DNA from: Ginglymostoma cirratum
Taxonomy: Eukaryota
DNA length: 64,000 nucleotides
Assembly: GCA_024137785.1 (NCBI GenBank)
Contig: JAHRHZ010000099.1
Span: 2,216,494-2,280,493 of the forward strand
Direction of reading: 5' to 3'
A program made the position numbers and the translations under genes. Every line of letters starts with the position of its first letter. Within the stretch, counting starts at the first letter, position 1. The notes under the pieces are model-generated. The model made no database searches, was not told the DNA's origin, and was given only the letters and a program-made list of their open reading frames with translations. This document shows positions 13,242 to 26,070 of this stretch, piece after piece.

Positions 13242-14882
13242 ACCTATAAATAGCCTTTGTTTGGGAACCAACTATATCTGCGCCGAGCCTTGCTAAACGC
13301 GAAACAAGTTCCTCAAAAAAAGACGCATTTGATCACCGCGCTCAGATGTCCTTAAGTCTTAGTCGGCGCAAGTTCGTTTCCGTATCTCTCTCGTAAAGTA
13401 AGAAACGTTCCGACGACAGTGACCATGAACTATCGCCCAGTGCGATCGAATGTGTTGACAGCGAAATGCCAGGGCCCCCTGTCTCGGCCTCAAATTTTAC
13501 ACGCTTCAGTTGACAACGCCAATCACTTGGTACATTTGATCACGTAATGAAAAGCAGTGAAGAAAATGTGAAAATGTCACTACTTTGTTCATGTCTAAAA
13601 GTAGAGATTGACCTGCTTCATTTTTTTTTGTGACATTGTGATGTTGGGGCCAACTCTTCCGGACCGCCTTGGCCGTCCCAGATCAGTCCCTTGTCAGTTT
13701 AACAAACTTCTTCCGTCGTTAACGTTCCGTCCGGGAACTTGACAGTTGAATTGGGTGATTTTCTGTGTAGTCTAACAAGTATCACAAACAGCTAAAAGCA
13801 TAATCTCCTTGCAACAGCTGGAGGTTATTTGAACATTATGACAATATAAGTGTGGAATATCTGAAATCTCCTATACATGGGGCAGGGCTTGCCTTCATTT
13901 TATATAATCGTCCAAGTAAGTGTTTTGCCGCGAGCTAATTAACCGTGGTGTTTTTAAAATTTGGCGCTTTTAATTTTAGGAAACAGTTGAAAATATGATA
14001 GAATATTTTCTGTTTCCTATCACAACTTGGTGCATTTCACGTCATGTTGCCGAAAACAGAAGATGAAATAGCAACAACGAATATGTACTTTTACTGTTCC
14101 TACGTTGATCACAGAAACAGCGGGAAAATGCAATTGAAGGAATATACAATATGTTCGAAAGGCTTTTCCGACTCAGTATAGCGAAATATCAGATTGAGGT
14201 TCTTTCACTGGGTTTGGAGGCGAGGCTGAATTGCAGCAAGTTGCCCCACTATCTATCCTTAACCAAGATTGGGGGTTCAATCTCCCAAGATCGAAATGGA
14301 ATGAAGTATTTAACTGTTCGTTTTAGCCAGAGGAACGGGACTATCGGAATTCAGGTTTTGTCAGTCTGAAAAACCCAGCGGCCGAAGAATTCTAGTACTC
14401 AGAAGCAGGAGCTTCTCCCCCTCCTTTCCCTTTTAAAGACTACCTTGATTCTGCTCGCTCCATTCTCAGAAATAAGGCACTGCAGTGAGAACCCTTCCTG
14501 GGTAAATAAACATCACGTCCGGTCCTTCCATCCCACTCCAAATGAAATTAAGTTTACCTCCCCGGGCCCAGCAGCTGCCCGATCTCTGAAAATGGCCGCA
14601 TTCCATCAGAATGTGGAACGTGACGGTAAAGTTTCTTCACCTTGACTTTCTCCGAAAGCGTTTTAGGTATTTTAAATCAACCTATTTAATTATCTTGTAA
14701 GATGTCTCTGAATCAAATGGAGCCTTCTAATCTAGCATTAGGGACACCACCACTGCCCGACAACAGCCGCACTTGGACCGAACGAAAGCCAGGGCATACT
14801 GTTATGACCTGGGAAACGATTCGACCTACTTTCTGTTTGCAGCCCAGATCATCCACTTCAAAATAGCCGCATTTCTGCCTGA

Positions 14883-15093
14883 GAGATATTAGGAGCTGCA
14901 GATGCTGGAGAATCTGAGATAACAAGGTGTAGAGCTGGGTGAACACAGCAGGCCAAGCAGCATCAGAGGAGCAGGAAGGCTGAAGCTTCGGGCCTAGACC
15001 CTTCTTCTAAAGAAGGATCGAGGCCCGAAGTATCAGCCTTCCTGATGCTGCTTGGCCTGCTGTGTTCATCCAGCTCTACACCTTGTTATCTCA
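14883..15093. mobile_element. Palindromic Penelope-terminus insertion (family A) in the gene 1 J-C intron
   Basis: Head-to-head arms centred ~15007. 13-bp TSD CATTTCTGCCTGA at 14870-14882 and 15094-15106. Both hammerhead cores are degenerate. Confidence 0.88.
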
Positions 15094-15261
15094 CATTTCT
15101 GCCTGACCCATCTTTCCATATCATATAATGCAGATTCACTAGTTCACTGGAAATATATTTAGGAACAATGGGCCAGACTTTATCTAGTTCAATCTACCTA
15201 ACCAATGATTTTCAACTATTTTTGAGACTTCCACAGTAATACTGCGTATCATTTTACTTAC

Positions 15262-15603
15262 TGCCCAGGTTCAGCTTGGTTCCTTTCCCGAATGTAACTA
15301 TTCCGCTTTTTGCTACAGCGCAATAATAATCGGCGGCGTCCTCCGACTGTACGTTTGTGATGGTTAAATGCATCTTGTTACTTGACGAGTCCACGGACCC
15401 GGTAAATCGATCTGGAATTCCCGAAGCTGTACCTGTGCTTTCGTACCAAACAAAGACCGGGGCACTTTTGGGTTTCTGCCAGTACCAGCTCGTGTAGTAG
15501 CTGCCGATGCTGCCTCCGGACATGGTACAGGTAATCGTCACAGTTTTGCCCGGGGATGTTGAGATGGAACCTGGCTGAGTCAGAACAGGATCCCCATTTG
15601 CAC
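15262..15603 (-). CDS. IGL: Ig light chain type II/lambda, germline-joined VJ exon (gene 1)
   Basis: TTTCACCAG acceptor, then (S)ANGDPVLTQPGSISTSPGKTVTITC...WYWQKP...DYYC-AVAKSGIVT-FGKGTKLNLG, then a GTAAG donor at 15261. Both Cys, the Trp and the FGxG motif are in one open frame with no RSS between V and J. DPVLTQPGS and WYWQKP are as I recall them for shark type II/lambda chains. Confidence 0.95.
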
Positions 15604-15738
15604 CTGGTGAAATAGTGAAGATATTGACAAGTTACATTTTGCAGCTTTGAATATTGTTTGTAGTTCCCCCCGCTTAACCACGACGCAAAGAGAACAATGT
15701 AAACAGAAGCGATCGTGCGAATGAATGCCCGTACTTAC

Positions 15739-15787
15739 TGTGGAGACAGAACAGCAGAGCCGCGAGTGCTCGAACCCGTTCAATCAT
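15739..15787 (-). CDS. IGL: Ig light chain type II/lambda, leader exon (gene 1)
   Basis: ATG at 15787 gives MIERVRALAALLFCLH + 1 nt, a hydrophobic signal peptide. It is followed by a phase-1 GTAAG donor at 15738 and a 135-nt intron to the V exon. Confidence 0.93.
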
Positions 15788-15848
15788 CGTGAAGGTTCTT
15801 GTGAAAATCAGGAGGAAAATAATTCCTGACTCAATGTGTTTCTGGACT

Positions 15849-15974
15849 CTTTTAAATCTCTCCTTAAGAAGTGTCAGCCCCAGCAACCTACTGAATATTG
15901 AACATGCATGCAAGTCTGTATCCACAGCAAGCCAATAATTGGATTCTGCAAACTGCATCGATTTACATTTGCAT
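15849..15974 (-). promoter_or_regulatory. Putative promoter of gene 1 (octamer, CCAAT, TATA-like)
   Basis: Perfect octamer at 15967-15974 (ATGCAAAT on the gene-sense strand) overlapping an ATTTACAT variant. CCAATAATTGG (two opposed CCAAT) at 15932-15942. ATTTAAAA ~65 nt upstream of the ATG. Confidence 0.55.
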
Positions 15975-16257
15975 AGAGCGTATGTCATCCATCTTAGAGA
16001 GAAACAGAACAACAAACAGTCAATACAGCACATAAATGATGGAATAACGCAAAACAAATAAATAGATTAAACGAGCGAGTTTTGGATAATTGAATTGTGA
16101 AAATTACCACAGAGGGAAGAAGCTGAGTGTGGTAAATTTGTTTAATAGCTTTTGAGTTCCCATGTAGTCTGAACTGAATGATCAATTGTGAGCTTACATT
16201 GAACTTGTAGATAGCGAGAGGTAGAGGAGATTGAGCACTGTCCTTTCAGAATGTACG

Positions 16258-16299
16258 GATAGATAGATAGATAGATAGGTAGATTGATAGATAGATAGA
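16258..16299 (+). repeat. (GATA)n microsatellite
   Basis: About 10 imperfect GATA units. Confidence 0.85.
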
Positions 16300-16599
16300 A
16301 GACAGAGAATCAATCAGTTTTATTCTGCCATGGCAAGTAAGTGAGTTGCCAGAATGCTGAAGTCTTGAGAAGTCTTAATGAGTTGCTTGTTATGGGAACA
16401 GTTCAGACAATGAAATCGAGCCTTTACCAAGAGGTTCCATGAATTAGTCTTCGAGATATATTCAAGGTACAGGAAGTCGTGAGATTTAAAAATTGAAGGC
16501 AGTGCAGAAAATGAGGAATGCGTCAAATGTACCAATTCTTACGTAGGGTGGTCATAGCTATGATGAACTGCAAAGTAAATACAGCGCCACAAAGAATTG

Positions 16600-18728
16600 T
16601 TGAAACAAATATGCAAAATTCCTATTCTAAGAATAGCACCTCCTCTAAACTCATTCCTAGGAAAAAGAAGCATGGTACAGGGACGAAGAGGCAACCGTAG
16701 CTGACTAGGGATGTCGGGGATCACATTAAAACAAAAGTGAAAGCATATAATGTGGCGAAGGGCAGTGGGAAAACGTGGATTGGGAAGATTACAAAGACCA
16801 ACAGAGGGCCACAAGAAAAGAAATAAAGAGGGAGAAGATTAAATGTGAGGGTAAGCTAACCAGTAAAATTAAGGAGGACTTTAAGAGTTTCTTTAGATAT
16901 GTAAAGGGCAAAAGAGAGGCAAAAGTGGACATTGGACCGCTGGAAAATGACGCTGGAGACATGGTAGTGGGGAACAAGGAAATGGCTGAGGAACTGAGTA
17001 ATTACTTTGCATCAGTTTCACAGTAGAAGTTACGAGTAATATCCCAAAAATTCTCGAGAATCAGGGGCCAGAGCTGACTATGGTGTCCATCAACAAGGAG
17101 AAGCTATTAGGAAAACAGAATGGCCTAACGGTGGATAAATTATGGACCAGATAGACGACGCTGCAGAGTTCTTGCAGAGATAGCTGAAGAGATAGTGGAG
17201 CCGTTAGTGATGATCTTTCAGGAATCGCTAGAGTCAGGGAGGGTCCCAGAGGACTGGAAAATCACTAATGTGACACCTCTGTTTTAAAAGGGAGTAAGGA
17301 AAAACACTGAAAATTACAGGCCGATTAGCCTAACCTCGTGGTGGGTAAGATTTTAGAGTCCATTGCGAAGGATAAGATTTCTGAATACTTGGAAGTGATG
17401 GTAAAGTAGGGCAACGTCAGCATGGCTTCATCAAGAGGAGGTCATTTCTGACAAATCTCTCAGAATTCTTTGAGGAAATAACAAGCAGGTTAGACCAAGG
17501 AGAGCCAATAGATGTTATCTACCTGGACTTCAAGAAGGCCTTTGACAACATGCTGCACAGGAGGCTGCTGAGTAAGATAAGGGCCCCTGGTGTTAGAGGC
17601 AAGGTACTAGCATGGATAGAAGATTGGCTGTCTGGCAGAAAGCAGAGGGTGGGGTTAAAAGTGTCTTTCTCAGGATGGCAGTTGGTGGCAAGTGGTGTTC
17701 CACAAGGGTCAGTGTTGGGACCACAACTTTTCACTTTATGCATTAATGATCTAGATCAAGGAACAGAGGGAATTCTGGCTAAGTTTGCAGACTAGACAAA
17801 GATAGGTAGATGAACAGGCAGTATTGAGGATGTGGAGAGGCTGCGCAAGGATTTGGACAGGTTAGGAGAGTGGGCAAAGAAGTGGCATATGGAGTACAAC
17901 GTGGGAAAGTGTGAGGTCATGCACTTCAGTAAGAAGAATAGAGGTTTGGACTATTTTCTAAATGAGGAGAAAATTCAGAAGTCTGAGGTGCAAAGAGACT
18001 TGTGAATTCTAGTCCAGGATTCTCTCGAGGTAAACTTGCAGATTGAGTCAGTGGTTAGGAAGGGAAATGCAACTTTGGCATTTATTTTGACAGGATTTGA
18101 ATATAAAATCAGTGATGTACTTCTGAGGCTCTATAAGGCTCCAGCCATGCCGCATTTGGAGTATTGTGCGCAGTTTTGTGACCTATATCTCAGGAAAGAT
18201 GTACTGGCCCTGGAGTAGGTTCGGACGAGGTTCCCGAGAATGGTCCCAGGAATGAAAAAATTAACATGTGAGGAACATTTGAGGATTCTGGTTCTATATT
18301 CGATGGACTTTAGAAGGATGAGTGACTACTAATTGAAACTTACAGAATACTGAATGGCCTGGACAGAGTGGATGTTGGGAAGTTGTTTCCATTGGTGGGA
18401 GAGACTAGGACCCGAAGGCACAGCCTTAGAGTAAAGGGAAGACCTTTTAGAACAGAGATAAGGAGAAACCTCTTTCGCCAGAGAATGGTGAATCTATGGA
18501 ATTCACTGCCACAGAAGGTTCTGGAGGCCAGGCCATTGAGTTTATTTAAGACAGAGATAGATAGGTTCTTGATTATCAAGGGGATCAAGGGTTACGGGTA
18601 GAAAACAGGAGAATGGGGTTGAGAAACTTATCAAAAATGATTGAATGACTGAGCAGACTCGATGGGCTGAATGACCTAATTTCAGCTCCTATGTCTTATA
18701 GTCTTATGATATTATGATATTATGGTCT
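16600..18728 (+). mobile_element. CR1 LINE, 5'-truncated and degenerate
   Basis: [25 protein letters not shown] motifs with stops. Ends in a (TTATG)-type tail. Confidence 0.92.
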
Positions 18729-19349
18729 AAAATCATACAAAACCTTTAGATTTTCTCATTGACAATAAACCAACATTATCTAATGACAATTCACCGAAAT
18801 TTCGCAAAACAGTGCCGGAGCATTTTGACATTTCGCTCACATCCCAAAGTAGAATAAGAATATTCTGTCTTTACGTATGTATCTATCTATCTACTGATCT
18901 GTCTTTCTCAAGATGCAGCGGTGAGCTGGCGAGCCTGTAATTCATACCAATATTAATAGCGCAGGTTGGCTTCTCTCTCCAGCTAAAGTGAACTTTATTC
19001 CAATGTCTTTTTCCTGCATGTAGAAGGCATTGAGAAACCACTCCCGACGGAAACGGTTCACGATATTCAGGCAATGTGTCACAGTTCTGCCTTCAGGCAG
19101 TTCACACATGAATGAATGGATAGCGGATGTGCGAGTAGATTGAAAAGTAGCACGTGTGATACCCGCGCTCAGGAATGTGAGTGAGGGAATCCTGATACAT
19201 CTCGGTCGGCTAGTTTAATTTCTGTAGTGGGCAAAGCTTCGGAAATAATAATCATGAACTGAAATATTTGGTAACTGGGCAGATTTGAGTTTATTCAAGT
19301 GAGTAGCATGGATGTTTAATATTGCATTTTCTGATAAACTATCTTCTAT

Positions 19350-19760
19350 AGAAACACACAAAAAATGCAGGAGTGGGTCATTCGGCCCTTCGAACTTGCA
19401 TCACCATTCAATACAATCAGGGTTGATCATGCAATCTAACTATCCATTCCCGTTCTCTTCCTATACCCCTTGATCCCTTCAGCTGCAAGAGCCACGTCCA
19501 GCCCCCTCTTGAAAATATCTAATGAACTAGCCCAGACAGCTTTCTGTAAGAGAGAATTCCAGAGGTCCACCACTCTCTGGGTCAAGAAATTCTTCCTCAA
19601 CCCCATTCTTCTAAATTTCAGCGAATACAAAGCCAGTCGATCCAGTCATTCCTCGAATGTCACGCCTGCCATCCAGGGAATCAGTGTGGTGAACCTTCCC
19701 TGGACTCCCTCAATAAATGAATGTCCTTCCTCAGACTAGGAGGCCAAAATTGCGCACAAT
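19350..19760 (-). mobile_element. CR1 LINE 3' fragment
   Basis: NFLTQRVVDLWNSL...IFKRGLD...GIKGY and a CR1 3' UTR (CGAAGGGCCGAATG). Confidence 0.8.
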
Positions 19761-22402
19761 GACTCTCATATGGTACATATGCGAATGCAGTGAATGTTGT
19801 TCGTACAATGTAAAAATGGCCTTTAACAAACTATCTCATAAACGGCCAGATTACAAAATTGATGTTCATTTTATAGGTGGGCTAGTTTTAGGTTGAATTA
19901 TAAAATGTTTTCAGGACACAAAATGGCAAGTTGTATTTTTTTTCAGCCTGGTGGATTCTAGAAATATTGATCCCAAATATCAGCGGTGGGATAGTTTGAT
20001 ACATGGAGGAGACTCGTTCATTAGACTACATGGTAAAGTTTCAAATGTTGTAGATAATACAAAATTAAAGGTGTGTCAAACACTGACGTTGATACCAATT
20101 GACTGCAATAGAACATATGTAGGATAACAGAATTAATAGACACAAGGTAGATGGAATTATAAACAGAGCAGTGTGAGGTTGAGCATTTTTTTTTTGCACG
20201 ACAGTTAGGGAGAAGAAACGTATACCTAATTGTTGCATAGAATGTGGATGTCGATGGCAAGGCCAGCACATGCTGCCCATCTCCAGACGGACAGGTGGAA
20301 TATTGGGTTTTAGAAATAGAAATATCGAGGTCAAAACAGGAAAGTTATGCAGAAGCTTTAGAAAACTTATGGTTAGGCCACAACTAAGAAGTTGTGTCCA
20401 GTCTGATCCTCACACTTTTGGAGGGGGAAAGACTCCTTAAGTGGTGGAAACGAGATTCATTGTATAATCCCTGGGTTTAGGAAATTTAGCCATAATCTGA
20501 GTTTCGAGCTGGATTTTCTTGCCAATGAAAAAAAATGATTGATTTGCGACTTGATGGGAGTCCACAGGATAGTTGCAAAGTTAACTTAAGTAGAAAAATA
20601 AAGATTGCTGGCATTAGTTCATGGTAGAAGACGAGGGCAAAACCTCAGGTTTTGGGGCAAGAGATAAAGCACCAGCAGGAAATAAATTTGTAGAGCAACG
20701 AGGAGTGTGTGGGGAATATTTCCAGCTAAGTTATTCGTTATAGAGCGTGAATGTGCTTGATGTATCCTAAATGGACTATTTCTAAATCATATTGTTCATG
20801 TGACTACATAGTATTTTATCACATCAATTCTTGTATTAATGAACAGTTGGATGCAGGAGCATTTAATTGTCCAGCTGACACCAAGAAGGAGTGCAAGAAT
20901 CACAGATCCCATCTACAGTGATCACAACAGTCATGTCTGTAGTGTTCTGTGGGCTGCAAATTTATGCAGTTCGTTAATACCATTTTTTCTGATGTTCCAA
21001 TTGAAAAATAATCAGCAGCAACGCTTTAGTCTTAAGCAAGTTTATGATCAGTTTATTATTAAGCTGTCGCTTAAAATTAGTTCGTAAAATGTAAATAGTA
21101 ATTAGATTAGTAGATAAAATGCAGGTGCAAAGGTAAAAACAGATACAGCAAAGAAGATGCTTGTAAAGATGATCGTAAGGCCAGCCGTTAAGCTACAGAT
21201 ATGTCACTTCCTTAAAGATTTCCTTTCTGTGGTGAAAGGTTTGCAAAAATTAAGTCAGCAGCTGCAATTTTGCACACCAGTTTCTCTGACGTGGTTAGGG
21301 CTTTTTCATCGTTTCATGGCATTCCTGTTTATGATTGTTCATAGCCTGGTTCGGGACGACAGTTCTTTCACTGGTTGTCTTGGTCCCATTCCCTATTAAG
21401 AATCCCGTCCCTCCCTGATTGTGTCTCTCACAGTTCTTCTTGGAGTTCTGTCAAAAAGGTGTCTTCACTTTGACTGATGTAGATCAAAATTTACAATGGA
21501 TACTCAGTTAACTTTAAAGAATAATTGCTCCAGAGCGCTAACTAAAATATACTGCTAATTTACGCGGTGTCCTGTTTTCTCAAAACCTTTGAATGCTTCC
21601 ACCTTGAGAAGGAGCAATTATGTTGCCCAAGGGTTAAGCGAATTCTAAACGTGTCATTATCTGATTTATGCTGAAAAAACACACCAGCAGATCTCAGTTT
21701 CTGGCAACAGTTAATCAACAAGGTTTGCGTAATTGATGGGTGCCAACTTCCAAGATATTGCGCCCTTTTTGAAAATGTCGGATTAAATTTCTTTGTTACA
21801 GGGATAGTGGTATAATTGCGCGGTTATGACATAATCAATGCACTGAAATGTTCGACAATTGAGAAGATAATATCTCATTTGACCATTTAGGGAGGGAAGA
21901 TCAAATGAGCCCAAATAACTCGTCTTCCCTTTGGCGGCTCTATGAAACAACTATCCAGTTAGACATCCGGCTCTTCTCTTTACCTATTGCCTGACATATT
22001 ACCATTGTTCAGCCCTTTTGCTATTATCCTTCCTAGGTTTTTATTGAACGCTCCTTCACCATATGTCAGTCTACGCATTTCCAATCATAAAAAATGTCTC
22101 TCCATTTTTTACCTCCTTCCACTTGCTCTGCCCTTTCTTTTCGCAAATTACCTTAGATCTGGAGCGGTCGAATTTTCGCGCAATGGAATCAGTTTTCCCT
22201 CGGTTGCTCTGAGAAACTCTTCCAACAACACGTCGATCAAATCTCCTCACACCTGCTCTGCCTTAGGGAGAACAGTCTCAGTTTCTCACGTCCAGTGTAT
22301 TTTCCACTGGAAGACCTTTTTCCAAATAGATAACTAATCACTGACCTATCTGATGTTCAGAGTACTGCGTACTAATATTGTTTTAGCCACTTTTTAGAAG
22401 AC

Positions 22403-22533
22403 AGAGATGGTTGGAACTGCGGATGCTAGAGAATCTGAGATAACAATGTGTGCAGCTGGATGAACACAGCAGGCCAAGCGGCATCAGAGGAGCAGGAAGG
22501 CTGACGTTTCGGGCCTAGACCCTTCTTCAGAAA
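22403..22533 (-). mobile_element. Penelope terminus (family A) with intact hammerhead core
   Basis: Minus strand TTTCTGAAGA-AGGGTCTAGGCCC-GAAACGTC-AGCC, followed by the family A 3' sequence. Confidence 0.82.
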
Positions 22534-22954
22534 TCAGAAATTCAGGATGAAATTCCCTCCTCCAATATTTTCTCATCAAGCTGCTCAGAGATGTTCCTAC
22601 ACAACTCCGGAGCAGGTGGAGCTTGAATCTAAGCCTCCTGACTCGGAAGACACTACCACCACGCCCTACGGCCACCCTAGATCGAGCCCATTCAAATTAC
22701 ATGGCCCAATGTCGCCCAGTGAAATTGTCTATCAGACCTTTTCTATCAGTGAACTTCATTGACAACTATATCCTGAGATCCAAACTCATACTTGGCCAGT
22801 GGATAAATTGCATGTGAGTGATTCTTGCATCTACTATTCAGATATATATCAGTAATTAATAAACACAGGTCAATTATGGCACTGTCTAATATTTTCTGGC
22901 ATCCTTTCACCAACTGGAGGTAACAACAGCGAGAGCAACTTTCTGACATAAGAG

Positions 22955-23250
22955 ATGCAATGGTTTAGTGCTATTATCGCAAGACTATTAATCCGGAGAC
23001 TCAGATATTGTTCTGGGACCAGGGTTTGGAAACGGTGGAATTTGAAATCAATAAATATGTCTGGAATTAAAAAATCTACTGATGACTATGAACTCATTGT
23101 CAATTGTCGGAAATACACATCGAGCTTATTAACGCCCTTCAGGGAAGGGAATCTGCCAACCTCACCTGGTCTGGCCTACATGTCACTCTAGACACATAGC
23201 AACGTTGTTGACCCTCAGCTGCCCTCTGAAATGGTCCAGCAAAGCTTCTC
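22955..23250 (+). mobile_element. Deu-domain SINE
   Basis: CCCTTCAGGGAAGGGAATCTGCC..CACCTGGTCTGGCCTACATGT.ACTCTAGAC core. Related copies at ~1470-1750, 36530-36890, 40090-40350, 44200-44540, 52110-52340, 52630-53010, 53280-53530 and 56430-56600. Confidence 0.7.
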
Positions 23251-23329
23251 GGCGGTATCAAGCACTACGAAGTCTCAGGAAAGAAATTATATTGAACCGA
23301 CCACCTGCATCGACATATGCACCGAAAAA

Positions 23330-25500
23330 GACAATGGTAAAACAGCCTCATTGTCTCTGCAAAGTCCTCCTCATGAATATCTGGGGGCTCGTGCTGAAGT
23401 TGGGAGGCACCACAATCCCACCGGCAGGACAGACCCAGGGGTATACAGGAAGAAAGAAATTTCCCTGGGAGTCCTCAGCATTGACAGATTGTTATGGCTT
23501 CAGGAGACCTCCTGCTGGTTACTTCGTACCAGCTTCTGTCCTCTGATGAATCAGTATTCTTCCATGTTGGAGGAATCACTGAGGATAACAAGGGCGCAAA
23601 ATGTGCTCTGGGTGGAGGATTTCAAAGCCTAAGACCAACAATGGCTCGGTTGCCCCACTACTGATCGAGCTGTTCGAGTGCTAAAGCACACCACTGCTAA
23701 ACTGCGTCAGTGACAGGTGGTGAGGGAACCATCAAAAGGGAAAATCATACTTGACCTCATTCTTACCAATCCGCCGACTGCAGATGCATCTGTGCATGAC
23801 AGTGACGGTGAGAGTGACCACCACACATCTCCTTGTGGAGGAAAAATCCCGCCTTCACTTTGAGAATACCCTCTATCATGTGGCGTGGCATTATCACTGG
23901 GCTAAATGGGACAGGCTTCGAACAGACCTAGCAACTCAAAACGGGACATCCATCAGACGCTGTGGGCCATCAGCAGCATCGAGCGCAATTTGCACCCTCA
24001 TGATCCAGCATATCCCCCACTCAACCATTACCTGACGCCAGGGAATCAACTCTGGCTTAATGTAGAATGCAGGAAGGCATGCCAGGAACATCACTAGGCA
24101 TACCTAGCAATGGGGTGTCAATCTGGTGAATCTACCAAACGGGACTATTTGCATGCCAACCGGCATAATCCGCAAGAGATAGACAGAACTACGTTAGCCG
24201 ACTGATTAGATTTAAACTGCAGTCCTGTCGCATCCAGTCATAAATGATGGTGGACAGTTGAACAACAGGAACAGGACGCTCCACAAATATCCCCATAGTC
24301 AACACATCAGTACAAAAGATAAGGCTGAAGCATTCACAGTAATTTTCAGCCAGAAGTGCAGAATGGATGATCCATCATAGCCTCCTCTGATGGTTCACAG
24401 CATCACAGACACCAATCTTCAGCCAAGTTGATTCACTTGACTTCATATGAAGAAATGGTTGGAGGCACCGGATACGTCAAAAGCTATGGACACTGGCAAC
24501 ATTCCAGCAAAGTACACTATACTTGTGCCCCAGAACTTGCCAATCCCCTAGCCGGGTTCTTCCGGTACAGTTACAACACTGGCATCTCCTCATTCATGGA
24601 AAATGGTCCAGGTATGTCCTGGACACAAAAAACAGGACAAATCCAACCTGGCCAATTACTGTCCCATTAGTCTACTATTGATCGTCAGTAAAGTGTTGGA
24701 AGGTGTGATCAACAGTGCTATCAAGAAGCACCTGCTCAGCAATAATCCCTCAGTGGCGCACAGTTTGGGTTCCACCATGGCCACTCAGCTTCTGACCTCA
24801 TTGCAGCCTTGCTTTAAATGTGGACAAATCAGTTGAATTCCAAAGTTGAACTGAGATGAGAGTGACAGCACTTGATATCAAGGCAACATTTAACAGTGTG
24901 TGGCATCAAGGAGCCCTAGAAAAACTGGAATCAATAGATATGAGGAGACAAACTCTATGCTGGCTGGAATCATATCTGGTACACAGGGAAGTGATTGTTG
25001 TTGGAGGTCAGTCAGGTCAGATCCAGTACATCTCTAGAGGAGCTCCTCAGGGTAGTACCCTAGGCCCAACCATCTCCAGCTGCATCATGAACAGCCTTCC
25101 ATCGTGAGGTCAGAACTAGGATTGCTCACTGATGATTGCACAATTTCCAGCATCATTCATGACTCGTCAGATACAGAAACAGGTCATGTTCACACGCGAC
25201 AAGATATGGATAACATTCAGGCTTGAGCTGACAGCAAGTGATCTTTGCATCACACAAATACCAAACAATAACTATATCCAATAAGAGACAATATAATCAT
25301 TGCACCTTGACATTCAATGGTACTGAATCGCGACTATCAACATCCTTGAGATTACCATTGACGAGAAGCTAAACTGGACCTCACCATGTAAACACAATAG
25401 CTGCAAGAGCTGGTCAGAAGCTACGAATATTGCAGCAAGTAACTTATCTCCTGACTCCCCACAGCCTTTGCGACATCCACAGGCACAAGTGAGGAGTATG
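23330..25500 (+). mobile_element. CR1/L2-clade LINE, degenerate EN-RT
   Basis: LWVEDF (endonuclease), NYCPISLLLIVSKVLE, ALDIKATFNSVWHQG, GAPQGSTLGP. Confidence 0.85.
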
Positions 25501-25509
25501 ATGAAGGCA

Positions 25510-26070
25510 AGTATGCGAAAGGCCTTCTTCACTACTATGTCTACCTATGACGCCATTTTCAAAGAATACGTACCTGCACCCCCAGGTTTCTCTGTTTGAC
25601 AACTGTGCCCAGGGACCTGCCATTAACTGTGTAAGTCCTGCTCTGGTTCGTCTTACATGAATCCAACACTTCACATTTGTCTAATTGAAACTCCTTCTAA
25701 TTTAAAGGTCCTCAGCCCACCGGCCCAGTTGATCAAGATCCCATTTCACTCTTCGATAAACCTCTTCACTGTCCACTATACCACAATTTTGGTGTCATCT
25801 GCAAACTTGCTAACCATGCTTCCTATATGCTCATCCAAATTATTTATATGAATGAGAAACAACAGTGGACCCAGCAGAGCCTTGTGGCACACCGATGTTC
25901 ACATGCCTCCAGTCTGATAATAAACCTCTACCACCAACTACTGTCTCCAACCGTGAAGTCAATTTTGTATCCAATTGACTTGCACGCCCTGAATTTCATG
26001 TGAGCGAAACTTACGAACCAATTTAACATGCGGGACTTCGTCAAAGGCCAGGCTAAAGTCCACGTAAGCA
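25510..26070 (-). mobile_element. CR1 LINE fragment
   Basis: Reverse complement encodes SKFADDTKI and LGPLLFLIHIN-like RT motifs. Confidence 0.75.

Noticed and set aside
13519-13533. Motifs shared between the functional and ghost introns as an intronic enhancer
   Set aside because: The ghost copy is presumably neutral, so shared words show homology and not constraint.
15232-15238. CACAGTA next to the J donor
   Set aside because: No nonamer at 12 or 23 nt, and it is on the wrong side of J.
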